A stretch of DNA of 64,000 nucleotides from an uncultured Hormoscilla sp. (GCA_963921275.4 OZ001293.3:704001-768000), one strand, 5' to 3'. Positions 1 through 11,140 are shown, counted from the first letter of the stretch. Numbers and translations: made by a program. Notes: generated from the sequence alone by a model not told the origin.

Positions 1-857
1 TTAACCACCCCCAGAATTACCAAGGCCGGGGCGAAGAAAGCATGGGCATCGGGCAGCATACCAGCGTTCATCCGAATTAGGGCATATCCCCCCATTTTCA
101 GCAGAATCCCAGCAAGTAACATATGCACTGGGGCAGTAGCTTCCCCGTGGGCATCGGGAAGCCAAGTATGGAAGGGAATAATCGGCAACTTGACAGCGTA
201 GGCAATGAAGAACCCAGCATATAACAATAGTTGGAAATTCAGCGCGTATTCCTTAGCCGCGATCGCCCTCATATCAAAGGTAACAGTATCGCCATAGAAA
301 GCCATTGCCAAAGCAGCCAGCAAAATAAACAGAGACGCCCCAGCAGTGTAGAGAATAAACTTAGTAGCCGCATACAGACGCTTTTTGCCTCCCCAAATTG
401 CCAGCAGCATATAGACCGGAAGCAACTCCAGTTCCCAGGCCAGGAAGAACAACAGCATATCCTGGATAGCAAACACAGCGATTTGACCGCCGTACATAGC
501 CAGCATCAAAAAGTAAAACAGCTTGGGCTTCATAGTCACTGGCCAGGATGCCAACATTGCCAGAGTAGTAATAAAGCCAGTCAGGATCACAAGGGGCATA
601 GATAAGCCATCAACCCCCACAGACCAATTCAAATCTATCTGAGGCACCCAAGCATATTGTTCTACCAATTGCAAATCGGGATTATTCAAATCATACCCAG
701 TGCAGAAGGCGTAAATAATGAAAGCAAAATCAATTAGCCCCACAGTTAGACCGTACCAGCGCACAGTCTTGCCGTCCTTATCTGGTATCAATGGTATCGG
801 CAGCGAAGCGGCAATAGGAAACAGAATTATTGTTGTTAGCCAGGGAAAATTTGCCAT
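1..857 (-). CDS. ndhD: NAD(P)H-quinone oxidoreductase subunit 4 (NdhD1 type), 5' part; runs off the window edge
   Basis: Manual translation from ATG at 857: [37 protein letters not shown]...; later [18 protein letters not shown] motif; directly downstream of ndhF. Confidence 0.93.
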   Translation of the reverse strand, partial: MANFPWLTTIILFPIAASLPIPLIPDKDGKTVRWYGLTVGLIDFAFIIYAFCTGYDLNNPDLQLVEQYAWVPQIDLNWSVGVDGLSMPLVILTGFITTLAMLASWPVTMKPKLFYFLMLAMYGGQIAVFAIQDMLLFFLAWELELLPVYMLLAIWGGKKRLYAATKFILYTAGASLFILLAALAMAFYGDTVTFDMRAIAAKEYALNFQLLLYAGFFIAYAVKLPIIPFHTWLPDAHGEATAPVHMLLAGILLKMGGYALIRMNAGMLPDAHAFFAPALVILGVV

Positions 858-980
858 TGTTAATTGCTAATTGCTAATTGTTCATGGTTCACTTGTAGGG
901 TGAAATATCACTGACATTCGATGTAGGGTGGGCAGTGCTCACCTTCCCGCTAGATGTAGTGGGCACTGCCCACCTGACTG

Positions 981-3119
981 CTAGCTAATTCCTGAGACAA
1001 TTACTAAGCCTAGCACCGCCCCAAACACAATCAGGGCATAGAATTGGGCCCGACCATTCTCGAAATATTTCAGACCTTCGCCAGTGATAACTGCAATAAA
1101 ACCAGTCAGGTTGACTGCCCCATCCACGATCCGAAAGTCCACTTCCATCACCTGTCTGGCTAAGCGTCTAGACCCCTGAACGAAGAGGGCATCGTAGATA
1201 TCGTCAAAGTACCACTTGTTCAGAGATAGCTGATACAAAGACTGGATTGAATGGGCGATCGCCCCTGCATCAAGCTTCCGAGTCAGATACATCAGGGAAG
1301 CGACAGTAATGCCAATCAAGGCAATACCCACAGAAGATCCACCCATAAGCAGAAACTCAGACCATTCAAATTCAGCAGCAACTTCATGCAGTTCTGTCGC
1401 CACCTCACCTGGGGGATAAATAAATTCCTCAAAGAAGTTAGCAAAAGGCGTTCCCACCAAGCCAACCAACACCGAAGGAATTGCCAGAGTCATCAGTGGC
1501 AGAGTCATGCTCAGAGGCGACTCGTGAGGATGTTCCGCATGATGATGACGATCGCGATCGCGATCGTCATCATGTCCGTCGGGACTTTCCTGATGGACTT
1601 TCGGCATCCCCCGGGTAGCGCGTCCCCCTCTGGCCGCAACTTCTAGTTCTTTAACATCCATCGCCCCCGGACCAAAAACCGGTTCTACCATCTCCACCCC
1701 AGCAGCTAGCTGAAGTTGCTCTCTAATGGACAAATCATTGCCCCGGAATTCCCCTAAAAAGGTAGAGAAATACATCCGGAACATATAGAATGCAGTAATG
1801 CCAGCAGTCAGCCAGCCAACTACCCAGAGGGCGGGATTAGCTGTAAAAGCGCTACCGAGAATTTCATCTTTTGACCAAAAGCCAGCAAAGGGCGGAATCC
1901 CGCAAATTGCCAGAGTGCCTACCAAAAAGGTCAAGCCCGTAACTGGCATATACTTCTGTAGTCCTCCCATCAGCCGCATGTCCTGTGCCAGCACTGGCTC
2001 GTGACCGACCACCTCTTCCATGCCGTGAATCACTGAACCAGAACAGAGGAACAGCATCGCTTTGAAGTAAGCGTGAGTCATCAGGTGAAATAGACCAGCA
2101 CCATAGGCACCGATGCCCATTGCCATCACCATGTAACCCAGCTGGGAGATCGTCGAGTAAGCCAGACCTTTTTTAATGTCGTTTTGGGTAATGGCGATCG
2201 AGGCCCCCAAAAACGCCGTAAAAGCACCCGTCCAAGCAATCACCGTCATTGCCGTCGGGATCTGATCGAACACCGGGTACATCTGGGCAATCAGGAAGAC
2301 ACCAGCTGCCACCATTGTGGCCGCGTGGATCAAGGCCGAGATCGGGGTAGGACCTTCCATCGCGTCTGGCAGCCAGACATGCAGAGGGAATTGAGCCGAC
2401 TTCGCTACTGGCCCTAAAAAGACTAAAACTGCGAATAACGCGGCCAGTCCACCACTGATATAACCATCGGAGACCAACTCAGACAGTTTTGTCCCCATCA
2501 CCTCGAACTCAAAGCTGCCAGTAGCCCAGTAAAGTCCTAGCATACCCAGCAGCAGACCGAAGTCACCGACCCGGTTAACCACAAAAGCTTTCTGGCAAGC
2601 ATCAGCAGCTAGCTTGCGATCGTACCAGAACCCGATCAGCAGGTAGGAACACATACCTACCAGTTCCCAGAATATATATACCTGCACCAGGTTAGGACTG
2701 ACCACCAGACCCAACATCGAAGAACTAAACAGGCTCAGATATGCATAGAAGCGGACATAACCAGGGTCGTGAGCCATGTAGCCATCAGTGTAGATCATCA
2801 CCAGAAAGGCCACCGTGGTCACAATCACCAGCATCAGGGAAGTTAGCTGGTCGATCGTATAGCCCATCTGCAGGTGAAAATCACCCGCCTTTGCCCATTC
2901 TAGAGAGAAGGTATAGGCTGAATGTCCCTGAATTTGACTCCAAAGCAGAGCAAATGATAAAGCCATCGATGCGCCCAAGAGGGAAACCACAAAGATGGCG
3001 TTCAGCTGCCGCAGCTTGTTAGTCTCATGGTTTAAGGATATTAGGCCCAAGCCGACCAGCATCGCACCTGCCAAGGGCAGGACTGGTATCAACCAGGCAT
3101 ATTGATAGAGCAGTTCCAT
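981..3119 (-). CDS. ndhF: NAD(P)H-quinone oxidoreductase subunit 5 (NdhF1)
   Basis: 712 aa membrane protein with AKSAQFPLHVWLPDAMEGPTPISALIHAATMV and His-rich loop. Confidence 0.97.
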   Translation of the reverse strand: MELLYQYAWLIPVLPLAGAMLVGLGLISLNHETNKLRQLNAIFVVSLLGASMALSFALLWSQIQGHSAYTFSLEWAKAGDFHLQMGYTIDQLTSLMLVIVTTVAFLVMIYTDGYMAHDPGYVRFYAYLSLFSSSMLGLVVSPNLVQVYIFWELVGMCSYLLIGFWYDRKLAADACQKAFVVNRVGDFGLLLGMLGLYWATGSFEFEVMGTKLSELVSDGYISGGLAALFAVLVFLGPVAKSAQFPLHVWLPDAMEGPTPISALIHAATMVAAGVFLIAQMYPVFDQIPTAMTVIAWTGAFTAFLGASIAITQNDIKKGLAYSTISQLGYMVMAMGIGAYGAGLFHLMTHAYFKAMLFLCSGSVIHGMEEVVGHEPVLAQDMRLMGGLQKYMPVTGLTFLVGTLAICGIPPFAGFWSKDEILGSAFTANPALWVVGWLTAGITAFYMFRMYFSTFLGEFRGNDLSIREQLQLAAGVEMVEPVFGPGAMDVKELEVAARGGRATRGMPKVHQESPDGHDDDRDRDRHHHAEHPHESPLSMTLPLMTLAIPSVLVGLVGTPFANFFEEFIYPPGEVATELHEVAAEFEWSEFLLMGGSSVGIALIGITVASLMYLTRKLDAGAIAHSIQSLYQLSLNKWYFDDIYDALFVQGSRRLARQVMEVDFRIVDGAVNLTGFIAVITGEGLKYFENGRAQFYALIVFGAVLGLVIVSGIS

Positions 3120-3351
3120 CGCTAACGCCTACTTTATATTTCTTCACTATTTTTGCCAAATCGTTAACAATTGTGACACATGGATCCGGGTGTAAGTCTA
3201 AAGCTCATGTTAAAATCCCCCATCTGCATCCGGTCAGATGGGGGATTGCCGCTGTGTCCCCCGAGAGCGCTACTCGTACTACTCGGGGGACACAGACCGG
3301 TGGTTATTGGTCGGGATTAAATCATGGCCGCTCGCCTGCGGCGTCAGCCAT

Positions 3352-3726
3352 TCATTCTGAGATTTCTGCGGCTGCCACCAGTGAGATGGATGCCGTTGAT
3401 GTCTGGCCTATAGCGAAGGCCTCCAGTTGCTGGCACAGATCGTCAGCACTGTGAAACCCTTCGATCCGATACCGGACTTGGCCACCTTCAAATAGGAGCA
3501 AAGTTGGTAATGTCCTGAGTCGATAGGCATTGGCGAGTTTCAAACTCCGATCGGCATTGAGTCCAACCATTTTCATGGATGCACCCCATTGAGCCTGAAA
3601 CTTCTTCAGGGCTGGGGGGATCAGCCGACAAATACCACACCAAGGGGCCCAAAAATACAATAAAACCGGGGTGGAAGCTTCTAAAACTTCTGAAGAAAAC
3701 GTCCCTTCACTGACCGACAATATCAT
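3352..3726 (-). CDS. Thioredoxin-family protein
   Basis: FWAPWCGIC active-site motif and LPTL cis-Pro loop. Confidence 0.9.
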   Translation of the reverse strand: MILSVSEGTFSSEVLEASTPVLLYFWAPWCGICRLIPPALKKFQAQWGASMKMVGLNADRSLKLANAYRLRTLPTLLLFEGGQVRYRIEGFHSADDLCQQLEAFAIGQTSTASISLVAAAEISE

Positions 3727-3879
3727 GATCGTACAAGTTTGTTATCTTTTTTTCGTATCCTATTGGGATCATGCTACATCTATGTGGGATCGTTTGACTC
3801 ACTGAATTGCAAAATTAAGAAATTGACTGCTTCTGCATGGGCAACTGTCAAAAATTATGTCTATACCCTTGATAAATAA

Positions 3880-4608
3880 TCAATATATGGTATACCAAAA
3901 ACCAAGGCGCGACGTAGCGATGATTAACCAGGGATGCGCCCACCACAGCAGTCCGATAAAAGCAATGATGCCAAAATAGGCGGGGCGGATAAACTCTTGC
4001 CATTCCAGGGTTTGACGCCCCTGGGCGATCGCCAGAAAAGGGATGATAGAGGTGCTAGCTTTGACGGTTTCAAAGACTTGACCATAGCGGTCTGCGAGAC
4101 GGCGATCGCCATGCCAAACCCCAAATATATGATGTAGCACCAAACCGATTGACGTTACCATCGTAAAGGTAGTACCAATCCAAAGGGTATGGGCGATACA
4201 CCAAATCACCTGTCCGACCATTTGGGGATGACGGGTGACGCGAATGATGCCAGTAGAGTACAGATGAACTTGAGGCTTTTGCAGGGCAGCAATTTCCAGC
4301 AGATTAAAAGTAGCTGGGTAAAGAAAAAAGAAGGATAAGGCAGATAGCACCCATACCAGGGGTCTCACGCCTGCTACATCCTGCACCTGCCAGAGTTGCC
4401 AGCCATCATAGCGATGGTTAAAGAAGTAAACGATCAACACCACCGCCAGAGGCAGGCTGACTAGGGCAAACAGGACGCGATAGAGTCGGACGCCCATCAG
4501 TTTTTCTCCCCTTGGGCGACCCGCAGCTAGTCCGCTGTGGGCAACAGCAAAACCCAGCAGCAGTCCGATCATAATCAAATGGCTGTTCATTAACCAATCG
4601 TAAGACAT
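3880..4608 (-). CDS. NnrU-family protein, probably 15-cis-zeta-carotene isomerase (Z-ISO)
   Basis: HSGLA, GIIRVTRHPQMVGQ and HGDRRL motifs; start moved to ATG 4608 to avoid overlapping the kinase. Confidence 0.85.
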   Translation of the reverse strand: MSYDWLMNSHLIMIGLLLGFAVAHSGLAAGRPRGEKLMGVRLYRVLFALVSLPLAVVLIVYFFNHRYDGWQLWQVQDVAGVRPLVWVLSALSFFFLYPATFNLLEIAALQKPQVHLYSTGIIRVTRHPQMVGQVIWCIAHTLWIGTTFTMVTSIGLVLHHIFGVWHGDRRLADRYGQVFETVKASTSIIPFLAIAQGRQTLEWQEFIRPAYFGIIAFIGLLWWAHPWLIIATSRLGFWYTIY

Positions 4609-4721
4609 AAACAGTAAGATTGTGAGAAACCGGATTATGAAGGCATTTTCCCACGATACTTGGAAGTTATAGCGACAGAAACCCGGTTTCTTGACCGATG
4701 TAAAACATAAACCCCGAAAAA

Positions 4722-6593
4722 CTAAAATAGTAAGTCTAGATCTAATTGTCTGAGATCCAGAGTCCAGAGACATCCCTGTGTACCCTCAAATGTAGCAATC
4801 ATCAGACCCGAAGTATGGAAAGAGGCGATCGCACTTATCTGTTTTGGTCCATCAATCTTCCCCACCACCGTTCCCTGCCGATCCAACAAGATAATTTTCC
4901 CCAGCATATCAGCAACCACATAACCCCAGGATGTGGCCGCCAGGAACTCTGGCTGAGGTAACTCCACATTTATCTGTCGGATGCGAAAAGGCTTGAAGTC
5001 GATTAACAGCAGGGATGTCTGGTTATTTGCCTGGGTAGCCAGCAGTCGATAGGGCACCCCACCAGCGATCGCCCGCTCCAGTAGCACTGGCAGCATCCAG
5101 GTGCCCACCTTAGTGCCCCGCCGGGTAAAAACCGACAGCTGCGTCCCTGTCTTATCAGGAGCTAACGCCGCCACATGACGTGAATCAAGCGCCAATAGCT
5201 GAGATGCTGCCGATTGCAGTTCAACAGTGATTGATTTGGGATGAATCGTCAAGGTTTCACCGCCAGTCAGGTGAGAACCGATCGCCCAATCACGCAAATC
5301 GAAAAGCTGCAATTGCTTGTCAGAAGTAGCAGCTGCTATCCAACGTCCGGCTGTTTCGACATCTGCCACAAAGTCACCGTCTTCTTTGGCTATCAATCCG
5401 ATCGAAACAACTGAGTACTCATTTGTCTCAGAGCGCAGGAAATAAATTGATCGATCGGTTACAATAAAACATCCTTGTTGAGAGCCGATCAATTTTTGCA
5501 CCGACTCACTCAGTTGCACCCGAGACAGCTGAAATGTTTCACCCCTATTTATTCCATCTGGATAAATCTGACATTCTACAACCGCTCCTGCGGCCCAATA
5601 TACCTTATCTAGAGATTTAATATTTAAGGGATCTTTACCAGAGGATGTTTCCTGTGAAGATATCACTGCTAGCGCAGCTACAGGTGCTCCAACCTGCTTA
5701 GTCCAAATAGCCCGGTCTCCTATCGGGACATTAGGTCTTACACCCCACCCGTCGATGAAAGAATAAGTTGATTTGTCCGACTCCTTCATCCTCAGAACTG
5801 CTACTTGAATTGTCTGTAACATCTCCGCTGCCGTATGATATCGGCGTGCTCGCAGCTTTTCTAAAGCCTTACTAATCACCTGTTGCAAATGGGAAGGCAC
5901 CTGGTTGGGAATCTCCACCTGCTGGTTAATATGAGCTGACATCAGCTGGGCAGGTGACCCGGAAAAAGGCCGATCGCCCACCAGCAATTCAAACAGCATA
6001 ATCCCCACAGCATAAATATCCGAGCCAATATTATACTGGCCGTAAAACCGTTCGGGAGCCATGTAAGCTGGAGAACCCGTATTATCCGATTTTTCCGGAA
6101 CGGTGGAATCCATCATTTCCTGAGTTAAGCGGGCAATGCCAAAATCAGAAATCCGGGCGATCGGGCCCCCTGGCCTTAAACTGAGCAAAATATTATCTGG
6201 CTTGATATCACAATGAACAATGCCACGGCTATGGGCATAGTGCAAACCCGCCAGCACCTCTGTAATCAGCCTTAAATTCTGCTCCCAAGACAAAGGCGAA
6301 TCGGACTCCATCAAAGTCCGCAGAGTCCCGCCCTCGCAATAATCCATCACCAAGTAGCGACCCGTGCTAGTATGCTCGATCGCCCTAAAGGTGACGATAT
6401 TAGGATGCTGTAAGCTCAACAGAAAGCGCAACTCCCGCAGAAACTTATTGGTGGGGAACCTATACCGGTCTAAATCTTTCAGAGCTACGATCTGACCCGT
6501 TTTGCGATGACAACCGCAGAATACCCGACCATATTGCCCTTGTCCCACCAGTCCCAATATCCTGTACTTGGATATTTGTGATTTTCTGTTCAT
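4722..6593 (-). CDS. Ser/Thr protein kinase with beta-rich C-terminal region
   Basis: GQGQYG loop, VALK, HCDIKPDN, DFG and APE Hanks motifs. Confidence 0.93.
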   Translation of the reverse strand: MNRKSQISKYRILGLVGQGQYGRVFCGCHRKTGQIVALKDLDRYRFPTNKFLRELRFLLSLQHPNIVTFRAIEHTSTGRYLVMDYCEGGTLRTLMESDSPLSWEQNLRLITEVLAGLHYAHSRGIVHCDIKPDNILLSLRPGGPIARISDFGIARLTQEMMDSTVPEKSDNTGSPAYMAPERFYGQYNIGSDIYAVGIMLFELLVGDRPFSGSPAQLMSAHINQQVEIPNQVPSHLQQVISKALEKLRARRYHTAAEMLQTIQVAVLRMKESDKSTYSFIDGWGVRPNVPIGDRAIWTKQVGAPVAALAVISSQETSSGKDPLNIKSLDKVYWAAGAVVECQIYPDGINRGETFQLSRVQLSESVQKLIGSQQGCFIVTDRSIYFLRSETNEYSVVSIGLIAKEDGDFVADVETAGRWIAAATSDKQLQLFDLRDWAIGSHLTGGETLTIHPKSITVELQSAASQLLALDSRHVAALAPDKTGTQLSVFTRRGTKVGTWMLPVLLERAIAGGVPYRLLATQANNQTSLLLIDFKPFRIRQINVELPQPEFLAATSWGYVVADMLGKIILLDRQGTVVGKIDGPKQISAIASFHTSGLMIATFEGTQGCLWTLDLRQLDLDLLF

Positions 6594-6677
6594 TGTTCAT
6601 TGCTAATTGCTAATTGAGCATTGAGAATTGCCCCATTAGGGCAGGTTTGGGGGCAAGTTGGGGGCAGGTTGGGACCA

Positions 6678-7337
6678 TTAGCCATTTACTAGCTTTTGCA
6701 TTATTTCGGCATGTTCTATCTTTTTTTCCACCATTTCTGAAACTGGCTGCAACCTTTCTTCTAACCCCAATACAAAGTGATTGCCCTCTGCTCCCAAGGA
6801 TTCGCAGCTTGTTTGGATGCACTCTAGTTCTTTGCCCGTCAGCTGGCTAAAGAAGGAACTTAAGACTCCTGCCTCCATAAAACAGACTGGGCGATCGCCT
6901 TTGGGACCATGAGCTGCCAAGGGAGAATTCACTATTTTTACCATCAAAAATTCTTGCCGATACTCTGAATTATCCAAATATATTTTACCCCAACCGTGGG
7001 TTTTCCAGCATTGTTGCAGACATTGTACAAACTCTACCATTGCCATCTCTGCCAGGGTATTTTTGTAGTAGTCGCTCAGTTCTTCACAGAAGCGAGCGTA
7101 GAAGTTTTTCCCCCACCAACGACCACAATTGTACAATACCAGACGGGATGCCTGACCTGTTTCTTTGTCCAATCCCGAATATATTGCTTGCAGTAGGGTT
7201 TCTGGCATTGCTATTAGGCGATCGCCCCGGCGATTTTCCAGCAATCCCAGTTCCATATCGCTGCGCACATATACATCTATCGCAAAGTAATTACCCGGTA
7301 TTCTATTATCTATGAGTAGATCTGCTACGGAAATCAT
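6678..7337 (-). CDS. V4R-domain protein
   Basis: HGWG, C-x3-AG-x4-FF and CIQTSCESLG pattern typical of V4R. Confidence 0.85.
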   Translation of the reverse strand: MISVADLLIDNRIPGNYFAIDVYVRSDMELGLLENRRGDRLIAMPETLLQAIYSGLDKETGQASRLVLYNCGRWWGKNFYARFCEELSDYYKNTLAEMAMVEFVQCLQQCWKTHGWGKIYLDNSEYRQEFLMVKIVNSPLAAHGPKGDRPVCFMEAGVLSSFFSQLTGKELECIQTSCESLGAEGNHFVLGLEERLQPVSEMVEKKIEHAEIMQKLVNG

Positions 7338-7497
7338 TTGTCCCTATTCCTTTGTCTCCTGGTCGCTTTTCTCCTGTGTCTCCTGGTCGCTCGATGTCCC
7401 CCCTCCAGGGGACGCGCGCACTACCCCCGAGACATCGTAATCGCACTAGCCAGGAGACACAGCCTGTTCCTCTACTTTCCTTGCCTAATCCTGGCAG

Positions 7498-7959
7498 CTA
7501 TTGCTTTATAAATGTTTCTTTCGCTATCGTTAATGACGGTTTTAGTAAACTGAGCTGTTCTTTACTCACGACTTTACTCAATTGCTGCCATAGTAGTCTA
7601 TACAGTTTTGTTTCGATTTGTGAAGTATTGTAAGTCTCCACAATTCCATCTAGCCAACCCTGCAATCTCTCCTTAACAAATGACTCATCATTCAGCAGCA
7701 TCGCCATCCCACAATAGCGCAGCATCAGCATAGCATTTTTCAGGCTCCGTTCTAAATCGGTCGTTTTTGCCTGAGGCAGTTGCGCTTCCAACTGGGACGC
7801 TACTGCTTGAATAATCTCTAGCTCTTTGTCTCGCAGTTGCTGATATGTTTCCAGGCGAGATGGTAATGATTCTACATACTGGCTAATTATTTTCAGTTCT
7901 TCTGGTTTTAGATAACGACTTTCTGCTTCCTTAAAAATTGCTTCGAGTTTTGGATGCAT
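7498..7959 (-). CDS. Phycobiliprotein/globin-like protein lacking the usual chromophore Cys
   Basis: AESRYL..EL N-terminus and LRYCGMAMLLND resemble phycobiliprotein helices; the CLRD position reads SLKN. Confidence 0.65.
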   Translation of the reverse strand: MHPKLEAIFKEAESRYLKPEELKIISQYVESLPSRLETYQQLRDKELEIIQAVASQLEAQLPQAKTTDLERSLKNAMLMLRYCGMAMLLNDESFVKERLQGWLDGIVETYNTSQIETKLYRLLWQQLSKVVSKEQLSLLKPSLTIAKETFIKQ

Positions 7960-7976
7960 AAACCTTTACATTCGTT

Positions 7977-8300
7977 TTAGAACAGACTGGAGAAATCATC
8001 CAGGGTAAATTCATTGGATCCCTCCTGTGCTGCTGGCTTGCTGGTGTCTGGCACTGGTGCTGCCACTTTATTTCCTTCCCAGGCGAAGCAGCTAAAAAAC
8101 TGAGTCACACTCAGCATCTGCGACAGCGGTTCCTTACTTCCTTGCCACACGGCTTCGCCTGCCTGCTTGATCTGCTGTACCTCTAGGGGCTGTAGATCCC
8201 AGTTGATCGCTGTAAAAAACTCTCCCACCGACCTTTGCAGCCATTCTTGACCTATTCCTGCTATTTTCCCATTTTGCTCCGATCTTGTCAACTGATTCAT
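7977..8300 (-). CDS. Hypothetical protein in the V4R operon
   Basis: 107 aa ORF overlapping the upstream stop by 4 nt; two SVxxFFxxxxW motifs; ends FTLDDFSSLF. Confidence 0.7.
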   Translation of the reverse strand: MNQLTRSEQNGKIAGIGQEWLQRSVGEFFTAINWDLQPLEVQQIKQAGEAVWQGSKEPLSQMLSVTQFFSCFAWEGNKVAAPVPDTSKPAAQEGSNEFTLDDFSSLF

Positions 8301-8980
8301 AGCAGTCTTTCTCCGGAACGTAAGCGTTTTTCGATATCCCGAGCTGTGGCCCCCTCATTCAGCCAGAAGCCAGCTGCATCAATCCTGTCTTTCCCGCCGA
8401 TCAGGAATTTACAGAAAGTTTCGCCCATAGAGTAACATTGGATTTCAATGCAGCCGAGTTGTTTGCGAACCAGTTCTGTAAAGAAGCCTGCGAATAGACC
8501 GGCGTATAGGTGGCAAACTGGCTTGCCTACATCTCCCAGGGTGCGGGCCACCGCCGAATCAAACAGGTTGATGAACATAAATCCCTGTTTGCGATCGCCC
8601 ATATCTACTTCCCAACGACCCCAACCTTGAGAAGTAAACGGCCACTACCAAGTTTCTAGTAAAAACATCAGGTTTGATTGCCGCATATTGCGTTCAAACT
8701 CCTGTTCAAACCACTTTTCAAAGAAGAAAGCGTCTTTTTGACCCCATTCGCAGCCGATCGTATACATAATAGCAGCTGAGGCATCCCCTACTTCCTCCTC
8801 TAACCCTTCTACCAGACCGATGATGAAGTCTTCAGAGGTGAGGACGTTTTGATCACCATTCCAGTCTACGATGCTGCCTCGGTCCTGGTCGAACTGGAAA
8901 AAATCCTGAAAGCCATAGTGATTGTGCTTCTTGGGGTTCTTCTGCTTCAGTCTGTGCAGCAGTGGATTTGCATCTACCAT
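8297..8980 (-). pseudogene. Second V4R-domain protein with one in-frame TAG
   Basis: ORFs 8645-8980 and 8297-8602 share a frame: LETW*WPFTSQGWGRWEVDMGDRK, TAG at 8645-8647. Confidence 0.85.
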
Positions 8981-9428
8981 AGTTTTGTCATGTTAGAAGT
9001 GGTTAATTTGTCAAGGGGTAAAATATCCAATTTTTCCGGCTCGGTGCCTGCCATTATACTATTGCAGACTTAAAAATCATCATTGAGAACTATACTGCGA
9101 ACCGTCAGGAACTACGCTTATTCTAGCAGCAAATATGTCCGGAGCGAGGGGGGGGATAATTGAAAGATCCAAGTGCTCTAAGAGTAACTCCCCCTGCCCC
9201 CGAAGCAATCTCCACACGCTGAGCTGGAGATTGCTAGTGCTCCGAAGCCTGTTGCGAGGTACGAAGCAATCTGCCGCTGCGCTTTTACGAAGTGCGCGTA
9301 GCGCTACGGGGGGGTCTGACAGTTTTGCATACACAGTTACTGCTTTGGGAGCCCCCCCACCGTTCCGGAAAAATCGCAATGACACCAACTTCTCCATTTG
9401 GCGTTCTTCTCTCCCTTTCAAAGTATAT

Positions 9429-9995
9429 TTAGGCATCGGTTGTCTTGGTCATGTATGATCCGATCTGGAAGTCAGTATTTTCCAGCTGCTTGAGGGTTGA
9501 TCGGGTGATCAGCTTGCCAGACTCTACTAGGACTTCGCCGGTGACTGGATGAAGCATATCCGTTTGGGCGCGACGGCCAATTAGGGCCTCAATGTCCTGC
9601 AAAGATTTGACATACATCCCCGGAGGCAGTTCAACGACGACACCGTCTTGCAAAACTCTCGATTGGCAAGCTAGTCGGGAATTGGGCTTACAGGAGGTAA
9701 TAATCTCTAGAGTGCGTTGTTCGCGGCGGGACATCCCGGACAGGAAATCCATGCCCTGCTTGATATACACGTGGCAGGTAGCACACATACCCCGTCCGCC
9801 GCATTCCTTGAGCACATCTAATTCCTTATCAATGAGGATAGACAGGAGATTGCCATTGGTTTCCACCTCAGTGAAGGTGGCGATCGGTTCTAGTTTGACA
9901 ATTTTGACCATTAAATCGTTCTCCGTTAGCGCTAAGGCCTTAGGACTAGGGTAACAACAGTTCTTTTTGTCGGGGGTTGAGGGCTTTTTGCTCAA
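9429..9995 (-). CDS. 2Fe-2S ferredoxin-domain protein; true start probably ATG at 9912
   Basis: CGGRGMCATC...SRLACQ cluster motif. Confidence 0.88.
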   Translation of the reverse strand: MSKKPSTPDKKNCCYPSPKALALTENDLMVKIVKLEPIATFTEVETNGNLLSILIDKELDVLKECGGRGMCATCHVYIKQGMDFLSGMSRREQRTLEIITSCKPNSRLACQSRVLQDGVVVELPPGMYVKSLQDIEALIGRRAQTDMLHPVTGEVLVESGKLITRSTLKQLENTDFQIGSYMTKTTDA

Positions 9996-10833
9996 CTAGG
10001 ACGGGAAAGTCGCGGATGACTTTGGTACATCTGTTGATAAATGCTGCCACCCAGGACTGAAGCCACTCGATTTCCTGCTCTCGAACTTCCCCAGACTCTG
10101 ACTGGGTGGGAGAACCTAGAAAGCTAATTTGGGCTTTGCGGTTGACTTGGAAGTGGTTGAGCCACTCAATATTCTTGGGGCGAGAAGACTTCCAGTAATT
10201 GCTAATCACAACCACTCCTAGGTATTGGGTGGTGAACTCAGACAGGTGGTTGAGGGCTGCCAGGATGTCTTTGAGGGTAACTTGGTTTTCCTGATTATTG
10301 GCGTCATTAGGCGGCGGGGCGGAGTTTTTGAAGCCATTGCGCGAACCAGTATATGTGCCTGATGCTGTTGTCCTGTCCGGAACAGCTGCCTGGAAGCTTG
10401 GCCCGGACTTAGTCTCATCATCGCCTGTACCAGGCTTCCAGTAGCCTTCACCCGACAGAGTTATATTACCAGCTAGCAGGCGAAAGGTGGCTACGCCCGT
10501 GGATAGATCGGCGATGAGTGCTGCTTTGAGTCTTTGGAGAGCTGGTAAATAATCGGAGTAGACTAGATCGCTGCTAGTCAGCACCAGCAGGATCATGCCG
10601 GACGCTAGTTTGTAAATATAAACTTGGTGTGCTGCGAATTGAAATTCAAAAGACTCAAAGCTATCGGGCGTCGTCTCGACCACCTGGCGGATGCCCTGAG
10701 CTAGCGCTTCTTTCTGCTGGAAGTTCAGAGTGCTATCCACGCCATAAAAGTAGGGGCGGGATCGCCTATCCATGACGGCCACACCCGCAATTCCTGGTAC
10801 ATTCAGAAAGTACTCGACTACCTCCCGGTTCAT
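9946..10833 (-). CDS. Conserved hypothetical protein; N-terminus resembles a roadblock/longin-like fold
   Basis: 295 aa ORF heading the operon; VPGIAGVAVMD...VYIYKL..MILLVLT pattern; fold call is inference. Confidence 0.6.
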   Translation of the reverse strand: MNREVVEYFLNVPGIAGVAVMDRRSRPYFYGVDSTLNFQQKEALAQGIRQVVETTPDSFESFEFQFAAHQVYIYKLASGMILLVLTSSDLVYSDYLPALQRLKAALIADLSTGVATFRLLAGNITLSGEGYWKPGTGDDETKSGPSFQAAVPDRTTASGTYTGSRNGFKNSAPPPNDANNQENQVTLKDILAALNHLSEFTTQYLGVVVISNYWKSSRPKNIEWLNHFQVNRKAQISFLGSPTQSESGEVREQEIEWLQSWVAAFINRCTKVIRDFPVLVEQKALNPRQKELLLP

Positions 10834-11140
10834 AGATATCTTATATGTCTATTTATTTTATTGCCGTTTCATGCCACAAAGTTATTGTGGGGAAGTTCTT
10901 GAGCGTAACAATTGTGGTATATCTGTACAACAGCCAGCGACCGATTGAGAACCCTGCCCTATCTCCCGACCCCTAGGAGCACAAAGGGGAGATAGGCCTA
11001 ATCATTATGTCATTTTCTCACCCTCTTACCAGTCGATGATGTCCCGTAGAACAGGTTCCGAATTATAAGCTGACAGCTGACTGCCTGCAATCGGTGCCTG
11101 TTGACCCCTCGGTGTCTCCTATGAAGTGCTCCTACGATGT

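Noticed and set aside
858..975. Heptamer repeats and GTAG-type palindromes (also at 6586, 14411, 17137, 24050, 24654, 57170 and 63752)
   Set aside because: Ordinary STRR/REP-like repeats of filamentous cyanobacteria; no associated transposase in the window.
9080..9458. ORFs between the ferredoxin and V4R genes
   Set aside because: Largely palindromic repeat sequence with no recognisable protein motif.
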